Source: Eledone cirrhosa (taxonomy: Eukaryota). Taken from it: DNA of 64,000 nt. The notes beneath the pieces were generated by a model. It did no database searches. It was not told the origin of the DNA and saw nothing but the letters and a program-made list of their open reading frames with translations. Positions 54,810 to 64,000 of this stretch are shown one piece after another. Location of the stretch: NCBI GenBank assembly GCA_964016885.1, contig OZ024745.1, forward strand, positions 124,434,001-124,498,000, written 5' to 3'. Numbering within the stretch: the first letter of the stretch is position 1; the number at the start of each line of letters is the position of its first letter. Position numbers and translations under genes: made by a program.

Positions 54810-54995
54810 ACAAACAAACCGAACATTATAATAAATGTTCGGTAAACCCATACGTACATATATATATGTGTGCATGTATGTATATATATACATACTACTG
54901 TACGTCTGTACACATATATGTATGTACGTATACATACTTATATTTAGGTATCAGCCGTACTAAGAGTGAGAAATGAAATTTCGTTTCATTATTTT

Positions 54996-54998
<3 letters not shown>
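54810..54998 (+). repeat. ~190-bp segment duplicated at 59925-60125
   Basis: Shared ccgaacattataataaatgttcg...tttaggtatcagccgtactaagagtgagaaatgaaatttcgtttcatt.ttttcca, each followed by TA repeats. Confidence 0.9.
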
Positions 54999-55072
<74 letters not shown>

Positions 55073-55074
<2 letters not shown>

Positions 55075-55240
55075 GGAAAATATTCAAGACCCCGACGGCA
55101 GAGCTCAAGCCGTTTCGACGGCTATTTCTGGACTAAATTAGGGATCTTGAACATTTTCCTATTACCCACTCTACTACCCAAAGTATTGAGTACTCTGGTG
55201 CGTTATGGTCCACCTGGTTCCTTACAACGCTTCCTTCGTT
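55073..55240. mobile_element. 'AACGAAGG' family element, inverted copy plus tail
   Basis: taggaaaa...ctggactaaattag joined to the opposite-strand piece ending ccttcgtt. Confidence 0.85.
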
Positions 55241-56107
55241 GTATATATATATATATAATTATTCAGAATAATAATAAATGAAGACATTCACATAATGAAA
55301 ATATATATGTATATATATATGTATAGATGTTTGCATTTATATATATATTTATAACAGAAACATAAAGAAATAATATTCAAACGCGAAATATATATTGGCG
55401 AATAGGAGAACCGTTAGAGCTGAGCACAAAATACGCTGGCGATTTTGTTTCAGTGCCCTTCACTCGGAGTTCAAATCCCATGGAATTAAACATTAACTTT
55501 CCTCATTCCGGGATATATAGAATAAATTACCCGAGCAAGATAAATATAAACACGTCTGAATATTTGACGAGTGCATAATTCTGCATTGATCTATATTTCG
55601 GTTAGTCTGTACAAAGACCTCTTTTAAGACTGGTTGTTTATATCAGATTGTTTGCGTATCTTAAGTCGTAATTATTCTAATCACTCTGTATCATTGAAAT
55701 ATTACATATAATCCTCTGAGGGAATAACCGCGTACCCCCCCCCCCCCCCCACACACACATATTACAATATGTGTTAAAAATTCAGTACTATTTAATATGT
55801 GCAAACATTAACCAAATGAGCATTCTATACTGGTGCGTTTTTCCGTTCCTTTTCTCTTCTTTTTGTTTTACCTCTTTATTGAAGTCTCACGAGACTATCG
55901 CTGCTATAAAAATCACAATACCTTCTCCTAGTCATCACATGTAATCCCATGTGTACCTGTTATAATTTAATTGCTGGAAATTATTGTTTTGGCTTGTCCT
56001 TTACTCCAGGGAATCCGGATGAATTAGTATTATCGTTGGTAAAGGTCGAAACTGCCTTAGTCTATCTCAACGATTTGGAATTCTGCGTCGTTCGTTTGTC
56101 TTGTCAT

Positions 56108-56515
56108 TGTAGAGGGTCGGACGCCATGCTTTGCAGCAAAGAGTTACGGCCCTTTATGATCTGAGTTCAAATCCCACCGAGGTTAACTTTGCCTTTCATC
56201 CTTACAGGGTCGATAAAATAAAGTACCAGTAATGCACTGGGTAATTGCTGGCCTTGTGCCAAAAGTAGAAACAATTATTTTTTATCAAAGAAGGGCGGTG
56301 GATTGGCAGTATCTGTAGAGAGTCGGACACCATGCTTTCCTGCGTAGCGTTACGGTCCATTACGGTCTGAGTTGAAACGCCGCCGAGGTTAACTTTGCCT
56401 TTCATCCTTACGGGGTAGATTAAATAAAGTACCAGTAATGCACTGAGGCCGATTTAATCGACTTATTCCCTCCCTCCAAATTGCTGGCCTTGTACCTAAA
56501 TCAGAAACCATTATT
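56108..56515 (+). mobile_element. Two adjacent Meta-domain SINEs
   Basis: Copies at about 56108-56278 and 56293-56515. Confidence 0.88.
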
Positions 56516-56629
56516 TTTTATTTAAGAAAAAAAATTACAGGTTTCCCTTTTAAAATATTATTTTATTCTGTCTAGTTTTCGTTTGTCTTGTTTTCCGTCC
56601 TCATCTTTGTTAAGTGTCTTAAATTCATT

Positions 56630-56870
56630 GTTGAGTGGTTAGAGGATTGGATTCACAATTTTGAGGTTTTGGGTTCGACGTCCGAAACGAGCGATGTATT
56701 ATGTCCTTGAGCAAGACATTTTATTTCGTATTGCTCTTTCTGTCTGGATTTGTGACCGAGAGATAGTATTAGCAACTGGAAAGACGAATGGAAACATTTT
56801 TTCCTCGGTCCGATCTAACGAGTTCCACCCCACTCGTTAAGCGAATGAGGTCTATTACCTTGTCGATTGA
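56630..56870 (+). mobile_element. Diverged CORE-SINE
   Basis: gagtggttagag...tgtccttgagcaagacatt. Confidence 0.8.
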
Positions 56871-56900
56871 CTCTTGCTATATAAATACACACACACATAT

Positions 56901-56960
<60 letters not shown>

Positions 56961-57659
56961 AAATTTCGCTCTACATGGCTGAATACAATAAATGTAATCT
57001 GAGTCTTTCGAATATTTATAATAACATTCGATTCGTTTGCAATTATGCAAACAAGCCTCAATTTTATAGCCATGTTAGTAGAATAAACACTTCATTCTTG
57101 CTCTTGTGTTGGCATGCGAACAGAAATGCAGGCACTAATGTTTCTGGGTATCACCCTTCATCAGTACAGTTCACTGTTCAACTGCCTAACTGTCAGAGCT
57201 AGTGAAAATATATGCTATTTTCAAAAATACACAGTGACTGATCGGCCTCATTTGCATATTAGCAGACCCACTGATCAGCCAGATTTGCATATCAGCAGAC
57301 TGCCCAGTCAGCTTCCTGTATACGAGCGATAAATGGCCGGCTTTGCCAAATTCAAATAAAAAAGAAAAAGTTTCGCTCTACATGGCTAAATATATGTAAT
57401 CTGAATAAATGTAATCTGAGTTTTTCGAATATTAATAATAACATTCGATTCGTTTGCAATTATGCAAACAAGCCTCAATTCTATAGCAATGTCAGTAGAA
57501 TAAACACTTCATTCTTGCTCTTGTGTTGGCATGCGAGCAGAACTACAGACACTAATGAAGTGTTCATTCTACTGACATGGCTATAACATTGAGGCTTGTT
57601 TGCATAATTGCAACCGAATCGAATGTTATTATTAATATTCGAAAAACTCAGATTACATT

Positions 57660-57661
<2 letters not shown>
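56961..57661 (-). mobile_element. PLE-type insertion: ~408-bp partial tandem plus inverted segment in (TA)n, with hammerhead at 57125-57170
   Basis: tttcgctctacatgg recurs at about 56963 and 57371; 57555-57661 is inverted. Minus strand actgta-CTGATGA-a-gggt-gat-accc-a-GAAACA-ttag-TG(C/T)C-tg(c/t)a. Confidence 0.8.
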
Positions 57662-57717
<56 letters not shown>

Positions 57718-57926
57718 GTTGAAAATTGCAAACTTGACTGTCACTACTGAATTTGAACCTGAAGATTGCGAAAGCATGAGGTACTTGTTCAATTAATATT
57801 TAACATTTAATATTCTACCATAATATTTCATTATAATTTTAAAGGATTGTAAATAAAACGAGTAAAACAGACACAGTTGGAATTCTTTTTATTAATATAA
57901 TCTTCTATACACAACCATACACACCC

Positions 57927-57974
<48 letters not shown>

Positions 57975-58174
57975 ATGTGTGTACATGCATACATATATCT
58001 TCATATACTGAAAGAGATAAATGCTTTTTACTTTTTTTTTTACCTTTCTTTTCCTTCTTTCTTTATAATTCCCCCAACGCCATATAATATTTTTTAAATT
58101 TCACTTTCTTTGCTTTCAACTTTTGTTTTCAAGATAAATATCTAGAATAGTTTCATTTGTATTAGAATATATAC

Positions 58175-58257
58175 TATTGGGATGTAACATAAATTCCCAC
58201 CGTTGTTTTTAGTAAGAAGTTCTATAACAACGGCGGGAACGTATGTTACAACCAATA
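58175..58257. mobile_element. Tiny mariner-like MITE
   Basis: tattgggatgtaacata / tatgttacaaccaata termini, near-palindromic body, TA ends. Confidence 0.7.
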
Positions 58258-58984
58258 TATATCAAACTCATATTCCATAGCTATATATATTGTATAAGTA
58301 TATGAAGGAGAGTGTATATAATAAGGAGGCAAATTCGCAGTCAGTAATCATCAAATTAAATGTCATAAACATAGTTTCCTCCATGTAGTTGCTTGACTCG
58401 TTAGAAACAGTAGCAAAATCTCCATTAGATCATGCAGGTCCGAATTTATATAACAATAAATAGATGATAAATAAATGAGATTGATATAATTGGAATGTTT
58501 TAATCTGAAATTTGTTCGATGAAGGATATTTGGGATCTAAAATGTAATACCAATAATTTGTTCTACTACTTCGTTTCATAAACTGTGATGATCAACCTGT
58601 CTCCAGACTAACACCACAACTTCCTCAACAAATGTTGTAGCAACATTAACATTGTCAGGCGAGATAGTGTAAGCCGGAAAACGAAACAGTTATTGTTGAT
58701 AGGTGTATTACCTGCTGTTTGTCGAGGGCTACTCACATTTGACAATACCTTTATTGCATGCAGTACTAATATAACAAGTCTTAGTAATGTATTTAGTGTG
58801 ATATTCGATGGTTGCGGAACAACACACACATATACTCACACATATATATATATATACATACATATATATACTCACATATATATACAAACACACACACACA
58901 TACACCACACATATACGTATATATACATATAAATATATATATATATATATATGTGTGTGTATATAAATATATATATATGTATAG

Positions 58985-59015
<31 letters not shown>

Positions 59016-59019
59016 ATTG

Positions 59020-59096
<77 letters not shown>

Positions 59097-59104
59097 AGAT
59101 ATAT

Positions 59105-59292
59105 AAGAAAATGTATGACCCCGACGGCAGAGCTCAAGCCGTTTCGACGGCTATTTCTGGACGAGTCCAGAAACGGCTCGAGCTCTGCCGTCGGGGTCAT
59201 ACATTTTTCCTATTACCCACTCTACTACCCTAAGTATTGAGTACTCTGGTGCGTTATGGTCCATCTGGTTCCTTACCACAACTCCTTCGTTA
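59105..59292. mobile_element. 'AACGAAGG' family element, inverted copy plus tail
   Basis: Inverted partial followed by a copy with an 80-nt tail (59213-59292). Confidence 0.9.
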
Positions 59293-59735
59293 TATATATG
59301 TGTGTGTGTGTGTGTGCGTGCGTGTGTGGGTGTGTGTGTGTGTTTGTGTGAATGTATGTATATATATCCAACAACGTTTTGTTACTAACCCTTGTTCAAT
59401 ATCAAAGCTCTGTAGCCGTATCATTCCATTAAAACATGCAATAGTATTATCAAACAACTAATTCAATGATTGTGTAGTTGTTTAACCTAGAATCTAATAA
59501 TGCAAGGTTACACGATGATTTATCAAGGAGTAGTTCCTCTCACCATGCAGTAATTTATGATAGTGTCTATGTTGGTTTCGTGTTCCGGAACTGCACAGGA
59601 GATAGGCACTTTTATGGATTTCATGGAAAGGAATGGTTATGTATACACGCATATAAGTTGATAGAAAATACTAAATTATTTCATTATCAATGAACAAATA
59701 GACATTTACACACACACACACACACACACACATGC

Positions 59736-59834
<99 letters not shown>

Positions 59835-60405
59835 TATGTATACGTACATACATATATGTGTACATACGTACAGTAGTATGCATATATATATACATACATG
59901 CACACATATATATATGTACGTATGAACAAACCAAACCGAACATTATAATAAATGTTCGATAAACCCATACGTACATATATATATGTGTGTGCATGTATAT
60001 ATATATATATACATAATACTGTACGTCTGTACACATATATGTATGTGTACGTACATATATATACTTATATTTAGGTATCAGCCGTACTAAGAGTGAGAAA
60101 TGAAATTTCGTTTCATTCTTTTCCATATATATACACAGAGCCACACAAGCGCACTAGGAAAGACAAGCAAATATAAATACATAAATATGAATATAATTAA
60201 ATACATGCAAGAAAACTCACATAGAGTGCCAAGTAGAAATACATTCATAACTTTAATGCCTTTACAAGATCCAAACCAACAACAAATAAAACATTATTAA
60301 AGAATACACATTGGTAAGATAGATATGTCAAATCTATGAATGACTATGTTGACGTCGATACATACCCACATAAATCTCATTTATCGATCATTGTCCACGT
60401 ATACT

Positions 60406-60439
<34 letters not shown>

Positions 60440-60444
60440 CAAGC

Positions 60445-60533
<89 letters not shown>

Positions 60534-60574
60534 ATATACAAGCGTGTATATATATATATATATGCAAAAGTTTT

Positions 60575-60790
60575 ATTTAAGATTGTTGGGTTACAACGAG
60601 TAAATAACTGATATAAAAGCACTCAACAGTTTCTGGAGTAGGTTTACGATATTAAATAAATGGAAACTATATTTATAAAACCATATTTATTTCGTTATAT
60701 ATATTTCTGGGATATCATATTAAAAATATGGTATGCCTTCCTCAGACAAAATACAATACATAAGCTGTTTTATAAATAATTAGTGACATA
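60575..60790 (-). mobile_element. PLE pseudo-LTR relic (second copy of the 17446 family) with decayed hammerhead at 60698-60745
   Basis: Shared ataactgatataaa.gcactcaac...aaatggaaactatatttataaaaccatatttat. Confidence 0.6.
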
Positions 60791-62149
60791 CCTTGTAATA
60801 ATGCAACTTCCATTTAAAAAGTTGATTTGGTAGTGAAACTGTTATGACAGTTATATAGAAAGAAAAACGAAGATGAGAAGAAGAAGATGAAGAGATGTAT
60901 GTAAATAAAGAAAATTAAAAAAAGAAGAAGATGAAGAGATGTATATAAAGAAAAACAACGGAGCGAGATAGAGAGACAAGGAGAGAGAGAAATACATTGA
61001 GGAGGTGAAAAATATAGTAGGCTGCTTTTGGACAGATAATCATCGTATATGTGAGAGGTTAAGGGAAGGGATACAGTTAAACTAGTGTATAGGAGAAAAA
61101 GAAAGAAAGATGATATATTTAAAATATATTAAAAATATATTATGTCTCATCCATTTGAATTATCAATTTTTATGAATTAGGTATTATAATGTAAATATCA
61201 GTATTCATGAATGAGACACATATCCATAATGTGTGAAAAAATGACCACATGCTCAGTTTAAAAATTCTTAGGTCTATAAGCAAAATCTGAGATAATACTT
61301 CAAACATAAGTATATATGCATTCTCGTGAAAAAAAGAGAAAAGAGAAGGTTATCTCAAATTCAAGTTGATAAATATAGACGCACATGTGAACCTACGTGA
61401 TACGCTGCACCGATTCTTATATTTCATGAAAAACTTCAATGCGTTAGAAAAGATTCCACCCTACATACATATATACATATATATAGACACAAAATATATA
61501 AGATATACATTAACATCTAAAATAACATTCAAGCCTCACTTGCATGATCATCGATCAAGCATAGAGTAGACAACAGATATCAATATTAAAATTAAAAACG
61601 CCAAGAATATCTTCGTCACTCCACAGAGTATCTAGGGACGGAAGAGAACATAGTATGCCACGCATATCGGTCATAGAATCAGAGTCAAAAGCAAACAAAA
61701 CCAAAATTGTTCACCAAGCCTTATTTAGCAGAAATCATTCAAAACTTATTCTACAAATGCTCTTATATTTATTATAGAAGTTTATCCAGCTTAAAAAATT
61801 TATTCAAAAGATTGGGAACAACGCAAATTTTAGGGTAGTTTATTTAATCTCATTAATTATATATTCATGCAGAAAGGTTTTTAAAAAAAAAAAAATTGAA
61901 GGAATCGAAAGATTTATCGCCAAGTATCATAAATAGTCAAATACCTTAAGTAAATATACTACATTTTATACTACATTTTAAATTTATATTTATATTTAAA
62001 TGTTGAGTTCAATCTATGTCTGCAACAGCTGAATAAATTGGTTCGTAAATTAAGGGAATTTTTAGATTTTAATATATATATATTTTTCACCTCCTCAATG
62101 TATTTCTCTCTCTCCTTGTCTCTCTATCTCGCTCCGTTGTTTTTCTTTA

Positions 62150-62479
<330 letters not shown>

Positions 62480-62529
62480 AAGAAAAACAATATATATATA
62501 TATACAAGTGTATATATATATATAGTGAA

Positions 62530-62742
62530 GGCGTGTGGCTGAGTGGTTAGAGAATTGTATTCGCAATCGTAAGGTTGTGAGTTCGATTCCTGGACCAGGC
62601 GATGCGTTATGTCCTTGAGCAAGACACTTTATTTCACGTTGCTCCTTCTACCTGGAGTTGCGACCGATAGATAGTATTAGCAATTGGAAAGACAAACGGA
62701 AACATTGTTCCCTCGGTCCGATTTGACAACAAAGTCGATCGT
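62530..62742 (+). mobile_element. CORE-SINE
   Basis: Near-identical to 30207-30418. Confidence 0.9.
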
Positions 62743-62743
62743 T

Positions 62744-62785
<42 letters not shown>

Positions 62786-62821
62786 ATATATAAATATATG
62801 TATATATATATAAATATATAT

Positions 62822-63057
62822 AACGAAGGAATTGTGGAAGGAACCAGATGGACCATAACGCACCAGAGTACTCAATACTTAGGGTAGTAGAGTGGGTAAT
62901 GGGAAAAAGTATGACCCCGATGGCAGAGCTCAAGCCGTTTCGACGGCTATTTCTGGACTAAATTAGAATTATTTCACCAGGCGAAAAATTCTAATTTAGT
63001 CCAGAAATAGCCGTCGAAACGGCTTGAGCTCTGCCGTCGGGGTCATACTTTTTCCTA
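62822..63057. mobile_element. 'AACGAAGG' family element, longest inverted form
   Basis: Arms of ~70 bp around atttcaccaggcgaaa, plus an 80-nt tail at the left end. Confidence 0.9.
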
Positions 63058-63599
63058 TAAATATATATATATTTAAAAAGACCGAAAAGAATGACTTCAC
63101 TTGTAGTTCTAAAAAAATTAATTAAATTATAATATTATGATTTGGTAGATCAAGTAAGTTCTTTGTTACTTTCGGTGGGAAGATTTTTAAAGAATCCTGG
63201 TTAAGTTTCCTGGAGAAAGGTTATTTATTGAAATAGAACCAGCAGGAGGGCACTTTTACAACGCCTTTCTAAAATAGTCCTTCACCACTGCTAATCAATT
63301 ATCTTTCAGTATTATTAAGTTACCATTCATTATTTTCTGTATACATACTGTATATATGCTTTAATTTCTTTAAATCTTCATCAGCACTCCTTCACTCCCA
63401 CACTCATTAACCCCCTCCCCTCTTGCCCCAGACACACGCAGATCTCTCTTATATATAGAGTCACACATCACAACACAACCTAATCTCAGTTTGACAATCA
63501 CCACCGACGAATGCGAGAAAATTCTCCAGGAAAGTTGCATGGGTTAGACAGGTTGTCCTATTGTGGGCAGTGTCCAGTCGGTTGACCTTGTCTTGCTCA

Positions 63600-64000
63600 T
63601 ACAGGAACTGAGTCTGGCTTGATTTCTACAGCTGGATGCCTTTCCTAACACAAACCTCATTTACAGTGAGTACTGGGTGCTTTTTTTCCGTGACGCCTAC
63701 ACGTCCACTATACAGTGTGGGCTGGGTGTTTTGCCGTGGCACCTCCACGACCACTTTTCATTGAGAGTGGGGGGGGGGGGGGGATATTGTATATATGCTT
63801 CAGCTTTGGCTTGATCCCGTGGGAAGTCGGGTCTTCTGAATTACTGCGTGACGCCAGAGGTAACGGTCGTGTGTCATCACTCTTGTGAGGTGTATTCAGG
63901 TAAAGTCCGCTTTTATCACCTCATCCCAGGTCTTCTTGGATCTCCCCACTCCACGGCTTCCATCGACTTCTAGTGCTCTGCACCTTTTTATGCAGCTGAC
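63600..64000 (-). mobile_element. 3' end of an RTE/Expander-like LINE running off the window
   Basis: Minus frame reads LEVDGSRGVGRSKKTWDEVIKAD...DRYLWRHAV; 3' UTR motif ctacagctggatgcctttcctaacac. Confidence 0.75.

Overview
AT-rich, repeat-saturated eukaryotic non-coding DNA, probably intergenic or intronic. The SINE families and the very dense (TA)n/(CA)n microsatellites suggest a cephalopod such as Octopus; this is an inference. I found no intact protein-coding gene, and most ORF-track entries are translations of microsatellites. Recognisable content: decayed non-LTR retrotransposon fragments (R4/Dong-like, CRE-like, RTE, L1/Tx1), Penelope-like element (PLE) GIY-YIG fragments, two tRNA-derived SINE families (Meta-domain and CORE-domain), DNA-transposon MITEs (Mutator, hAT, Tc1/mariner) and a possible GPCR pseudogene. 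The standout is a 2.2-kb head-to-head array at 26971-29166. It holds about 7 apparently identical, non-coding 310-bp units, each carrying a complete type I hammerhead ribozyme, and it is inserted in a (TA)n tract with the asymmetric 'inverted copy + tail' ends known from Penelope insertions. This suggests a young circular-RNA retrozyme copied by rolling-circle reverse transcription. At least three other unrelated short sequences show the same inverted-plus-tail geometry in (TA)n, and about ten further hammerhead motifs (intact or decayed) occur in the window. All alignments and folds were done by eye.
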